Source: Candidatus Kuenenbacteria bacterium (GTDB taxonomy: Bacteria > Patescibacteriota > Patescibacteriia > UBA2196 > GWA2-42-15). From it: 64,000 nt of DNA. The position numbers and the translations under genes were made by a program. The notes under the pieces were generated by a model. The model saw only the letters and a list, made by a program, of their open reading frames with translations, was not told the DNA's origin and did no database searches. Location of the stretch: assembly GCA_012797775.1 (NCBI GenBank), contig JAAZOM010000006.1, forward strand, positions 12,815 through 76,814. The letters run 5' to 3'. Shown piece by piece: positions 9,543 through 18,657 of this stretch. Positions within the stretch are counted from its first letter, which is position 1. Each line of letters starts with the position of its first letter.

Positions 9543-10619
9543 TTATTTTATGGCCGCTTTCAGCCATTCTTTTGCGTTAGTTCTCATTATGCCTTTTATT
9601 TGCTCATCTTGAAAGCCAAATCGTTCAGAAAGCGCGTCGGCAATTTTTACCAAATCTTCTGGCCCCTTTATATCCGTGGTTAGTCCCGGCGGCAATCCGC
9701 CAAAATCACTGCCAATTGCCAAGCGATTTGGTTGCCCAGTTTTTTGGGCTACCTGATCTATCCTTCGGGCTATATGTTCTGCGCCCGAAAAAAATGGTTG
9801 GGAAACACCTAATCCTATCATGCCGCCCATTTTAATAATCCTTTCAACCTCTTCTTCCTTGAGAGCCCTTTCGCCAATCCTGTTAATCCAATCAGCCGAA
9901 ATGTCTTCTTCGGTGGAGCCATGCGTGTATGACACGCGATTGCCGGCATCTGCTTCCTCCGCTATATCCATCACTTCTTGCCTAGTTTTATAACCAGAAT
10001 GTGCCAAATCAACCACTAAATGATTATCCAAAAAATATTTTACCACCTGCCGACCGAATTGTGTCAGGCCACCTTTGCTGGTGATAGTATTCTGTGTCTC
10101 GTCACCACCATACTGTAAACCAAATATTTTTATGCCTGCATCAACCATTTTCTTTGCGTCTTCACCAGAGTGGATTAAATGCGCTCCGCCCTCCAGCGTC
10201 ATTACCAAATTATTTTTTTCCTGAAAATCTCCGCCTCCTCTAATTATTTGCATGCCAGGGATTGCTCCTAGCCCGTGGTATTTTTCCGTCATTTCTATTA
10301 GTTCTCTAAATCTCTGGTTTTGTTCCGGGTTTACTTCATTTTGATATAAATATTTATCAAAAACTGAGGACACAACCACGTCGTAATATCTATTAATTAA
10401 TTCCGCCATCAATTCGTTATATTCGCCCCAACTCAATTCCTCAGCCTTTTTTCCAAATTTTTCCTCTACTTGAGATTTGGTTATGCCAAACTGCTCTATT
10501 CTGTCTGTGATATTGGCACCGTAGATTCTCTCGCCATTGTCTCCAATTTTATATTCCTGCCCTTCTCCTTTGGGTCGGTATGCGTCTGTATGCAGAGTCG
10601 AAGTCAGTTGCTCGTTCAT
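9543..10619 (-). CDS. Membrane dipeptidase (peptidase M19)-like amidohydrolase
   Basis: LEGG, VVDLAH, SYTH, IGSDFGG motifs; divergent N-terminus. Confidence 0.7.
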   Translation of the reverse strand: MNEQLTSTLHTDAYRPKGEGQEYKIGDNGERIYGANITDRIEQFGITKSQVEEKFGKKAEELSWGEYNELMAELINRYYDVVVSSVFDKYLYQNEVNPEQNQRFRELIEMTEKYHGLGAIPGMQIIRGGGDFQEKNNLVMTLEGGAHLIHSGEDAKKMVDAGIKIFGLQYGGDETQNTITSKGGLTQFGRQVVKYFLDNHLVVDLAHSGYKTRQEVMDIAEEADAGNRVSYTHGSTEEDISADWINRIGERALKEEEVERIIKMGGMIGLGVSQPFFSGAEHIARRIDQVAQKTGQPNRLAIGSDFGGLPPGLTTDIKGPEDLVKIADALSERFGFQDEQIKGIMRTNAKEWLKAAIK

Positions 10620-10623
10620 ATTT

Positions 10624-12084
10624 TTATGTTAAATTATTAAATTTATTTTCAAAGATTTTTTTTAGATCAGCTTCTGTATATGGGAGAGGCACGGCATTTT
10701 CTAAATTTCCATATTTACTCAAACCATAGGTATAAGCAAAAGCTAGATAGGGGATTAATAGATCTTTGTATTGAATGCGACCTATTTTGTTTAGTACTCT
10801 CTTGTCAAAACCGCCATTAAAAATAACATCAAAAGCGTAAAGTTCCTTCCAGCCACCATGGCCATCAGAACCGAGGGTTATCGAAGCCACATTCATACTA
10901 TTCAAGACGATTTTTTCTGAAAGTTGGTATTCGTCAGGAAAATCTTCTTTCAATAGTTCTCTGATGGCCCTGACCATGCGTGTAGTATATTCCAAAGAAA
11001 AACCAGTCAACGTCTTCATGCCCAAATAAACTATTACTAGGGCAAATTTTAAAAGCATACAGGGGATTAATTTTCTCTCTGTTAATAATTTAATAATTGC
11101 TTCTGGCATTATTGGTATTCTGTGTTCTGCGCCAACCAAATATTCCCCTTCGACCGTCAGGCGCACACGCTTGTTGTCATCATCCACCAACCAAAACAAT
11201 TGGCTACCGACTTCTTTTTCATCGTTCCAAGCGCCGGGTATACCTTCAAATTTTTTTAAAGCCCTTGTTCTAAAATTATTATCAAAAATCATTTGATAAA
11301 TAAAACTATTTTGTTGTTTCCTGATTAATGCTATTAAATAGTCAGTAAAAACCGTGTCCTCAATAACCACCAGATTGGCAATTTGTTTCCGGTCTTCTAG
11401 CGGGAATAATCTTTTCCATAAATAAAAATTTATTTTGGTCATTTCATCGCCCAAATATTGGCAACCGGACAAATCCAAACCTCTTAATTCCCCCGTTATT
11501 TCTTCCAAAAATTTTTGCTCCTCGGTATTAAATAAATGCCATTGATGTTTTTCTTTTAATCTGCCAGCTATATCAAAATCATATTTGGGCATGCCCCACA
11601 TCAGCTTGTGTTCATATTTTTTGGGGAATAAATTTATTTTTTTGTCATGGAAAATTATTCCTCTTTTATGAAAGGGATCGTTAAACGGTACTTTGGAAGT
11701 GGCAAAAGTCAAAATGTCACCGAACTCTTCTCGATTATATAGCTTATAAAAATTTGTTAAGGCGTGAATCGAGGTCAAAATCGGGTGGTTCAAAATCCCA
11801 TGGTGATCCATACTGCCGGCTATTAGACCCCCCTCATCAGTTAAGCGTAAGTCAATATTTTTTCTTTCCCCCGGATTAAAAATAGATTCTATTTTATTCC
11901 TAATTAATATTTTTAGTTCTTTTTGCCGCTCGATGTGTGGCGCAGGTGCATCGTAAGTATTGATCCTCCTAGAATATTCGCTCAAGGTTTCCTCACTACG
12001 AAAAAACTGTGCCAAGGTCGGCATCAGTTCCACTACCAGATTAGCCATGTTATTTAATCCTGGATCATCGTAAAATTTTTCCAT
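10624..12084 (-). CDS. Hypothetical protein (~486 aa), enzyme-like
   Basis: Long ORF; ATG 12084 directly after tRNA-like element; DHHG..NHP and SKVP motifs, family not recognised. Confidence 0.75.
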   Translation of the reverse strand: MEKFYDDPGLNNMANLVVELMPTLAQFFRSEETLSEYSRRINTYDAPAPHIERQKELKILIRNKIESIFNPGERKNIDLRLTDEGGLIAGSMDHHGILNHPILTSIHALTNFYKLYNREEFGDILTFATSKVPFNDPFHKRGIIFHDKKINLFPKKYEHKLMWGMPKYDFDIAGRLKEKHQWHLFNTEEQKFLEEITGELRGLDLSGCQYLGDEMTKINFYLWKRLFPLEDRKQIANLVVIEDTVFTDYLIALIRKQQNSFIYQMIFDNNFRTRALKKFEGIPGAWNDEKEVGSQLFWLVDDDNKRVRLTVEGEYLVGAEHRIPIMPEAIIKLLTERKLIPCMLLKFALVIVYLGMKTLTGFSLEYTTRMVRAIRELLKEDFPDEYQLSEKIVLNSMNVASITLGSDGHGGWKELYAFDVIFNGGFDKRVLNKIGRIQYKDLLIPYLAFAYTYGLSKYGNLENAVPLPYTEADLKKIFENKFNNLT

Positions 12085-12089
12085 ATTTT

Positions 12090-12164
12090 TGGCGGCCCGT
12101 GAGGGAATCAAACCCCCGTCTCCCTAAAAACATTAGGGTGTCCTAAACACTAGACGAACAGGCC
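12090..12164 (-). tRNA. Non-canonical tRNA-like element (Glu/Asp-type body, GTT at anticodon position)
   Basis: Full cloverleaf GGCCTGT/ACGGGCC-G-CCA, anticodon arm CCCTA-ATGTTTT-TAGGG, T-arm GGGGG-TTTGATT-CCCTC; D-loop GG and T-loop TTC altered. Confidence 0.7.
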
Positions 12165-12207
12165 ATATTGACTTATCTTATAATAATTTTTTACTACTTA
12201 CAAATTT

Positions 12208-13674
12208 TTATTTTATTTTCCTCACTATTCCCTTGTCCGCATCTACCTCTACCAGATCCCCGTCTCGTAAAATCTGCGTAGCAACTTTAGTGCCGATCAC
12301 ACACGGAACAGCCAACTCCCTAGCTACGATTGCCGCGTGGCAAGTTATTCCACCCATATCAGTCACAATTGCCGCCGCCTTTTTCATAGCGGGTACAACA
12401 CTGGGGTTTGTCATGTGTGAGACTAAAACATTTCCAGCGTGCATTTTAGCCATCTCTTGCATGGTATTAATAATTTTTACTCTTCCTTTTGCACTACCTC
12501 CATAAGCTGTTTGCCCCCGCAACTCTTCCTCGGATGCAATCTCTTCTTGGTATTTTTGAATTTTTATTTTTTTCATTATTTGTTTAGCTTCCTTGCCAAC
12601 CCAGCAAGCTGTTTTCCCCTTATGGGCTATGGTCAAGCTGTAATTCTGTCTCCCTGTTGTCATTTTGGCCAACTTGTTATTTTTAGACAGTGCTTGTTTA
12701 AAATCGCTAGGCAGTAAAAATCTGACTTGTTCTAAAGTGACTCCTGCCCGCTTAGCGACCTCTCTGAAAATATTTTCCATAGCATAATAACTAAAAAACT
12801 GGGCATCTTTGCTGTATAATCTGACGGACAGAGAATCCCTTACTATTTTAAAAATCTTTTCATGTGTTTTCCCAACATTGTATAAATGCTCAACCTCTCT
12901 TTGCTCCCTTAATAATTTTGCTGTTTCTCGTTCTAGTTTTTTCTCATAATCTTCATATTTTATTTTTTCTAAAGATTCTTCAAAATCTGCCAACATTAAT
13001 ATTTTACCTTGTAGCCCATATTCTAGCCACTCATATTTTTTGGCGTGCCGTTTCAGGAGCTTCTTTTGCACCCCATTATTTTTTACTTTGGCAATTTTGG
13101 ACAACTCTTTTTTTTCTTTTATCCAATTGCTTTCTCCTGTCGGAGTAGTCAAAATTCTCAACGCCTCCTGCGGTGGGTACTTTATTTTTCTTGTCTCTTG
13201 GTATATTTCATCCAAATAATCATGCAAGTAATTAGTAATAATATTCTCCGGCGTCTCCAAAATCCACATCGGTAGCCTCGGTACATGCACACTAGCCTGC
13301 CCAGATTGAAAAAGTTTTATCCATTTTATCAGTTCTCTGTTACTCAATTTTTCCGCTCTTATCTTTTTTATAATTTTGCTTAACTTTAGTAGCTTATCGG
13401 AGTTATCTCGGTTAATATCATGTAGCTTGTCCCACAATTTTGGATTATTAAATAAAAGCTGAAAACTACTTCGGTTTACTCGATCATACGATTCCTTCGA
13501 GCAAAAAAGATTACAGGCTGATTTGATATATTCAGCTCCGGCGTATTCTATAGGTTCAAACCCCCATTTTTTAGGTGTCAATGTTGCGCCTTCCCAATTA
13601 ATAGCCACAAATAAATAATTTGCGTAATCTTCTCGTTCAATTAGCTCAAATTTTTTATGGTAGGGTATTTTCAT
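12208..13674 (-). CDS. PEP-utilizing mobile (His swivel) domain protein with large N-terminal helical domain
   Basis: C-terminal TDMGGITCHAAIVARELAVPCVIGT...DGDLVEVDADKG. Confidence 0.88.
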   Translation of the reverse strand: MKIPYHKKFELIEREDYANYLFVAINWEGATLTPKKWGFEPIEYAGAEYIKSACNLFCSKESYDRVNRSSFQLLFNNPKLWDKLHDINRDNSDKLLKLSKIIKKIRAEKLSNRELIKWIKLFQSGQASVHVPRLPMWILETPENIITNYLHDYLDEIYQETRKIKYPPQEALRILTTPTGESNWIKEKKELSKIAKVKNNGVQKKLLKRHAKKYEWLEYGLQGKILMLADFEESLEKIKYEDYEKKLERETAKLLREQREVEHLYNVGKTHEKIFKIVRDSLSVRLYSKDAQFFSYYAMENIFREVAKRAGVTLEQVRFLLPSDFKQALSKNNKLAKMTTGRQNYSLTIAHKGKTACWVGKEAKQIMKKIKIQKYQEEIASEEELRGQTAYGGSAKGRVKIINTMQEMAKMHAGNVLVSHMTNPSVVPAMKKAAAIVTDMGGITCHAAIVARELAVPCVIGTKVATQILRDGDLVEVDADKGIVRKIK

Positions 13675-13875
13675 ATTTTTATTGTTTTATTTTTTACAAC
13701 GTCGTTATCGGCCTAAATCGCTAGATTCATTTCATCTTTGGTTATCTCTTGTCGCATTATTCTGTACCCATCTGTACAGAATAAAATAATGTCAAATTTT
13801 CTAGCACTGGGTGAAGACCAAATTCGTTTATTTTTTAGTCTAAATATTAGTCTAAAGTTTGGTCTAATCTATAGT

Positions 13876-14907
13876 CTAATTTTTCATTTTTCTCACTATT
13901 CCTTTATTCGCATCCACTTCTACCAGATCGCCATCTTTTAGAGCTTTCGTCGCGATTTTTGTCCCCACAATGCAAGGAATTTTTAATTCTCTAGAAATTA
14001 TGGCCGCATGACAGGTTGCTCCCCCTTCATCAGTAATAATTGCTGCAGCTTTTTGAATAATTGGTATGAACATTTGATTTGTCATGGTGGCGACCAGAAT
14101 GTCATTTTTTTTAATTTTTGGAAAATCAGACTTATTTTTTATAATTTTAACCCGCCCATTTTTTATTCCCGGAAACGCTATAGCCCCCCTTAGGTTTTTA
14201 TTTAAATTAAATTTATTTTTTTCTTTTAGACCCAGAGAAACGGCCATTTTTTTAGCTTCATTCCCAATCACAAGTAAATTTTTATCCGCATAATATAAAT
14301 AAGCTGTCTGACGCGCGGCCGCCCTACTATAATCAATTAGTTTGTTAGAAATCAATAGTTGTATTTCCATTAAGCTCAGGCTGTTAATTATTTTTGTGTT
14401 TATATTTTTAAAACTGCGAGCAGTTTTAAAAATATAAACGCCAAGCTCTACCCATATACCCTGAATCTTATGCTTAATTATTTTTTGACGATACTCTGGA
14501 TTTTCCTCCAAGAATTTTTTATTTAAAGCGTATCCTATATAAGCACATATAATATAGTAAGCCCAGTATTTTATCATTATATGTTTTATTTTTTTATGAT
14601 CAAAACGTAGGGATTTCCCATCTATAATTTTTTGAATTTTTTTTTCGCAATCGTTTATTTTATTGAAATAAGTTAGATATTTTTTGGGATAAATTTTTAT
14701 CTCCCGCTCGATTTTTTTTATTATTCTTTTGTATTGAAAAACATTTCGGTATATTTCGCAGACATTGTTTTCGGCAAAATAATAAACACGACTAAAGGGT
14801 GATTTTAAAATTCTCCCAACCAATTTATAAGCCCCCAAATGAGTTTCCATCAAAAAGAAAGGCAGTTCCCTGGTAATTTTTTCATATTGATCTCGCTTTA
14901 TAGGCAT
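13876..14907 (-). CDS. PEP-utilizing mobile (His swivel) domain protein, second paralog
   Basis: C-terminal TDEGGATCHAAIISRELKIPCIVGT; unrelated AT-rich N-terminus. Confidence 0.88.
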   Translation of the reverse strand: MPIKRDQYEKITRELPFFLMETHLGAYKLVGRILKSPFSRVYYFAENNVCEIYRNVFQYKRIIKKIEREIKIYPKKYLTYFNKINDCEKKIQKIIDGKSLRFDHKKIKHIMIKYWAYYIICAYIGYALNKKFLEENPEYRQKIIKHKIQGIWVELGVYIFKTARSFKNINTKIINSLSLMEIQLLISNKLIDYSRAAARQTAYLYYADKNLLVIGNEAKKMAVSLGLKEKNKFNLNKNLRGAIAFPGIKNGRVKIIKNKSDFPKIKKNDILVATMTNQMFIPIIQKAAAIITDEGGATCHAAIISRELKIPCIVGTKIATKALKDGDLVEVDANKGIVRKMKN

Positions 14908-14967
14908 ACATTATAAATTATTTTTTTGGCCATTTTTAGGATTATTATCGTCTGCCCGCCACATTTA

Positions 14968-15906
14968 CTACAAAGTAGTAATCGGTCGGCTCTGGGTAAT
15001 ATACAAGTTATTTTTCTCCATCGCCCACTCAATATCGCAGGGAAAGCCATAATGTTTTTCAATTTGCCCGCACAATTTGGCTAGCTCAATGATTTTTTTG
15101 CCTGGCAATTTTTGTTTCTCCTGGATATTTTTGGCCACCTTGGCGTGAATAGTTACCTCGCCTTTTTTGGTGATCATCATAACTTGGCTCGCAATATTAA
15201 TATCCATTATTGACCAATCGCGCTTGTCCAGCACGTAAGAATCTGGTGTTATCTGCCCAGACACGATCGCCTCACCGAGCCCAAAGCCTGCTTCCAAAAT
15301 CATCTGGTTTTTGTCTTTAGTCACCGGATGGACCGTAAAACAGATTCCCGACACCTCTGATTGCACCATCTTTTGTACGACCACTGCGACAGACACATGG
15401 GATTTGAGGAGTTTTTTCTCATGGCGATAAAAAATCGCCCTTGGGGTAAACAAAGACGACCAGCATTTTTTGACATTATTCAATAATTCTTTTTCTGTTG
15501 TATTGAGATAGGTTTCCAATTCCCCAGCCCAGGAAGCAGTCTTAGAATCTTCCGCTGTGGCCGAACTTCGAACTGCCACATAAGGCGCTTTGAGTTTTTT
15601 AAATTCACTCGTTATTTCTTTGCCCAGATCAGCTGGGAATTTTGTATCAGCAATCATATCTCGGATTTCATTGGACGCTCGATCCACCGAATTAGTGTCT
15701 TTATAATTTACCTTATCCAGCTCTGCCTGAATTTCTTGTTTCAAATCAGTTTCTTCCAAAAATCGATCAAAGGCCGTAGCCAAAACCACAAAGCCCGGCG
15801 GCACTGGAATTTTGGCGTTTAGCATTTCTCCAAGCGACGCGCCCTTGCCCCCAGCAATCCCTACATCTTTTTTAGTAATTTCTCGGAAATTTTTGGTGAA
15901 TTGCAT
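14968..15906 (-). CDS. Stand-alone PEP synthase/PPDK N-terminal ATP-grasp domain
   Basis: GGKGASLGEM, VPPGF, AVRSSATAED, GLGEAIVSG, DIEWA, QSRPIT; ends after this domain. Confidence 0.92.
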   Translation of the reverse strand: MQFTKNFREITKKDVGIAGGKGASLGEMLNAKIPVPPGFVVLATAFDRFLEETDLKQEIQAELDKVNYKDTNSVDRASNEIRDMIADTKFPADLGKEITSEFKKLKAPYVAVRSSATAEDSKTASWAGELETYLNTTEKELLNNVKKCWSSLFTPRAIFYRHEKKLLKSHVSVAVVVQKMVQSEVSGICFTVHPVTKDKNQMILEAGFGLGEAIVSGQITPDSYVLDKRDWSIMDINIASQVMMITKKGEVTIHAKVAKNIQEKQKLPGKKIIELAKLCGQIEKHYGFPCDIEWAMEKNNLYITQSRPITTL

Positions 15907-15970
15907 AGGATTTTACTTAATTTATTTATATTTTAATTCTACCAAATCTAGCCAAAAAAGCCACAAAAAG

Positions 15971-16091
15971 GTGAATTATGAAGAATGAATTAAGAATTAT
16001 GGTTAAAAACTGAGCAATTTATATCCCATGATTTAGTTTAAAAGCAAAACAATCTGAAGGCATAATTCATAATTCTAAATTCATAATTCAA
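15971..16091. repeat. Inverted pair of degenerate GAATT(A)-type short repeat arrays
   Basis: GAATTATGAAGAATGAATTAAGAATTATG ... CATAATTCATAATTCTAAATTCATAATTC. Confidence 0.65.
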
Positions 16092-16165
16092 AAAAGAGCG
16101 CAGTCGCCCACGCTCTTTTTTTCTGTATTGTTCCGCGCCTCTTTCGTTTCCGTGTTAGTTCCGTT

Positions 16166-17764
16166 TTAGTTGCAGCTGCCTGCCGGCGCGCTTGTCGCAC
16201 TCTGGCCTGTCAGCGTTTTCTCACAGCCAGCTACATCATTGTACTGGCAGAAATTTTTTCTGACTGTTTCGGCATCGATACCATTAAAAGTATAACGGTT
16301 ATTGACCATCCAGGTCGGACTGGCGCCGATATTCAATTCATTGGCCAGTTTTATATTTTCACTCAAGAGTTTTTTACCCTCATCGCCAGTAGCGCAGGCC
16401 TTGATCTTCCCGAAATTGGCCGCGCAGGTCGTCCAGTCGCCCTTGATATCTTTGTTGCGGCACCAGACATAATCCATAAAATTACTTGGGTAATATTTGG
16501 CCGCACATAACTCGCGGATATTTTCATCTACCTCACCCTGCCCATGGAGAGATTGGAAGGTGCCGTCAGCCTTTTCATTGGCAATATAGTAAAGATTGAA
16601 ATCAATATTCTGGCCAAAATTGTCCAGCACTTCTTTCATCGCATTCATCGCCTGGATACCATAGGGGCACTCGCTCATCACAAATAGATCCAATCTTTTT
16701 GTCTCTTCTGTCCGACAACCTAGAAACCCCGCGCAGTCGCTGTCATCGCAGTCCACTTGACCATTGCCCGTATCATCAGTCTTGTTATCGCAGATTTCTT
16801 TGGTCGGGTTGAAGCTCGCGCCAATAGCTAGATTGTACAGATCTTCTGTTTGCGTCAGATATCTTTCTACTTGGCTATATCCTTCGGCCTCTTTTACTTT
16901 CTCCTCAAAAAGCACGGCTGGCAAAAGAGCCAATTTGTATTTTTCATAAAACTTCTTGCCTTCTTCGGTGTTATAATCTTTTCTTTCAATTTTGATCTTT
17001 GGGAAAACGCCCGTGAGCTGGCTCTCTAGCCCGGCCGTGTCGCACTCTTCTTTCTGACAGCGGCTATCACCGAGGATATAGGCGGTAAATTCTTTGTCTT
17101 GGGGCAAATCACCGCAGACCTTTGATGGTCTGTTATTGGTCGCCGCACAGATGGCGCGACCAAGGGCCGTCTCTGTCCTCTGGCCAGTGTATTGTTTGCC
17201 GGCGATATAAAATGTTGGGCTGCCGGCCACATTGAGCGCCTGGGCTTTTTCTAGACTGGTAGTCAAAAGACTGGCCGACTCCTCGCCTTCGGCGCAGGTT
17301 TTTATACTTTCAAAATTGGCTCCGATTTCTTTGGCACAAGATTCAAAGCTGGATTTTAGATCCTGATAATTTTTGTTCTGGCAAGCCAGATAATCCCAAA
17401 ACTTATCCGGGTATTTTGTTTTGACACACAATTGGTAACGGTTGCCCTCGACCTCGTTTGGGCCGTGCAAGGATTGGAAGCTGCCGTCTGCTCCCTTGTC
17501 AGCGATGTATTCCACATTAAAATTAACCACCTCTTTGAAATCCGGGATGATTTTATAAACCAATTCCTCGGCTTGTGAGCCATAAGGACACTGGCTCATC
17601 ACATAGAGATCAAAATCGATCTTTTCACCACCCCCATTTTTACCCGCCTTGGTGGCGATATAGCCGCCGATGGCCACTACGATGATGAGAATGGCCAAAA
17701 ACAATATGCCGCGCCCACCGCTCTTTTTTGGCGTGAGAGGGGCGTCTTTTCGCATTTCTTCCAT
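16166..17764 (-). CDS. Membrane-anchored thioredoxin-fold protein with two GILT/DsbA-like domains
   Basis: TM then duplicated LYVMSQCPYG..FQSLHG.NEV / LFVMSECPYG..FQSLHG.GEV, SPT cis-Pro loops, EICDN..DD.GNG..DC motif. Confidence 0.75.
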   Translation of the reverse strand: MEEMRKDAPLTPKKSGGRGILFLAILIIVVAIGGYIATKAGKNGGGEKIDFDLYVMSQCPYGSQAEELVYKIIPDFKEVVNFNVEYIADKGADGSFQSLHGPNEVEGNRYQLCVKTKYPDKFWDYLACQNKNYQDLKSSFESCAKEIGANFESIKTCAEGEESASLLTTSLEKAQALNVAGSPTFYIAGKQYTGQRTETALGRAICAATNNRPSKVCGDLPQDKEFTAYILGDSRCQKEECDTAGLESQLTGVFPKIKIERKDYNTEEGKKFYEKYKLALLPAVLFEEKVKEAEGYSQVERYLTQTEDLYNLAIGASFNPTKEICDNKTDDTGNGQVDCDDSDCAGFLGCRTEETKRLDLFVMSECPYGIQAMNAMKEVLDNFGQNIDFNLYYIANEKADGTFQSLHGQGEVDENIRELCAAKYYPSNFMDYVWCRNKDIKGDWTTCAANFGKIKACATGDEGKKLLSENIKLANELNIGASPTWMVNNRYTFNGIDAETVRKNFCQYNDVAGCEKTLTGQSATSAPAGSCN

Positions 17765-17930
17765 AAAAAATAGTTAGTTTGTAAAGAGGACCCACTAGGG
17801 TATTTAGTAATTTACTTTAGCATATTTTAATAATAATTCAAAATTTGAGTAAAATAAAAAACCGGACCTATCTTTTTGGTAGACAGAGTCCGGTTGTTTG
17901 GTTCGGGGGTTTTCGCGATGGTTCTAGGCG

Positions 17931-18422
17931 CTAGCGGCGGGGCAAAATATGCCGCAGTACTTTCCCGACGATTTTTTCGTCGGGCAGTACTGGGTTGCCC
18001 CAGTCGCAGTCCCGGCCTAGCCGCTCGATAATGGCCCGGGTTGAGCCGTCGTTCAGGGGGATGAACTCGACGGCCCAGTCCATCTCGATCATCGACCGGC
18101 TGGACGGCCGGAAGCCCCGACCACTTTTGAGAGAGTCCTCGAACTGAGCCCGGAGTCTCAGGCTCCGCTGGTTTGTCGTGTCCGAGACGGACACAAAAAT
18201 ACGAACCAGTCCCTGCTGTCCTTCCCACAGATGGGGGATAGCCGGGCGGGGGGGCAATGTGGTGGGCAGGGTGGTGTCCGGGGCGGGGGTAAGCGGACCA
18301 ACCGTCGTGTTGATGACGGTGGTGTCGGAGTTGTTGCGGGGGGTGTAGAACAGGTAGGCGCGGAGCAAAAAGAATACTCCGGCCAAAACCAATAACGCCC
18401 CGATGATATACATCTTTTTCAT
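17931..18422 (-). CDS. Hypothetical exported/membrane protein, GC-rich
   Basis: AAGGAG SD, N-terminal hydrophobic segment, Pro/Thr linker, own upstream promoter-like TTGACA..TATAAT. Confidence 0.7.
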   Translation of the reverse strand: MKKMYIIGALLVLAGVFFLLRAYLFYTPRNNSDTTVINTTVGPLTPAPDTTLPTTLPPRPAIPHLWEGQQGLVRIFVSVSDTTNQRSLRLRAQFEDSLKSGRGFRPSSRSMIEMDWAVEFIPLNDGSTRAIIERLGRDCDWGNPVLPDEKIVGKVLRHILPRR

Positions 18423-18510
18423 GACACATTTCTCCTTTTTGGTGATTGCAAATAAAATGAACTATTTTTATGTTAAAATTATAGCATATTTATCTATTTT
18501 TGTCAAATGG

Positions 18511-18612
18511 TTAAGTAATAAGCGAGGTAAGTAGTCATTAAGGTAAAAAACAAACGCTGATTTTATCGGTTTTCTATTATTTGCCTTATTTATCTCGCTT
18601 ATCGCTTATAGC
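18511..18612. repeat. Inverted pair of degenerate TAAG/CTTA repeat arrays
   Basis: TAAGTAATAAGCGAGGTAAG ... CTTATTTATCTCGCTTATCGCTTAT; similar array at 31905-31948. Confidence 0.5.
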
Positions 18613-18622
18613 GACCACTCTC

Positions 18623-18651
18623 TTGACAAGGGCCTGTCTTTGCTCTAAGAT
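18623..18651 (+). promoter_or_regulatory. Sigma70-type promoter for large ncRNA
   Basis: TTGACA-17 bp-TAAGAT. Confidence 0.7.
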
Positions 18652-18657
18652 AATTTT

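Noticed and set aside
14968-15906. Frameshifted/pseudogenised ppsA
   Set aside because: Ends cleanly at the domain boundary (QSRPITTL*), and the downstream genes have unrelated N-terminal domains rather than the missing PpsA parts.
17827-18429. 200-aa minus-strand ORF
   Set aside because: Alternative frame of 17931-18422, which has the SD spacing and signal peptide.
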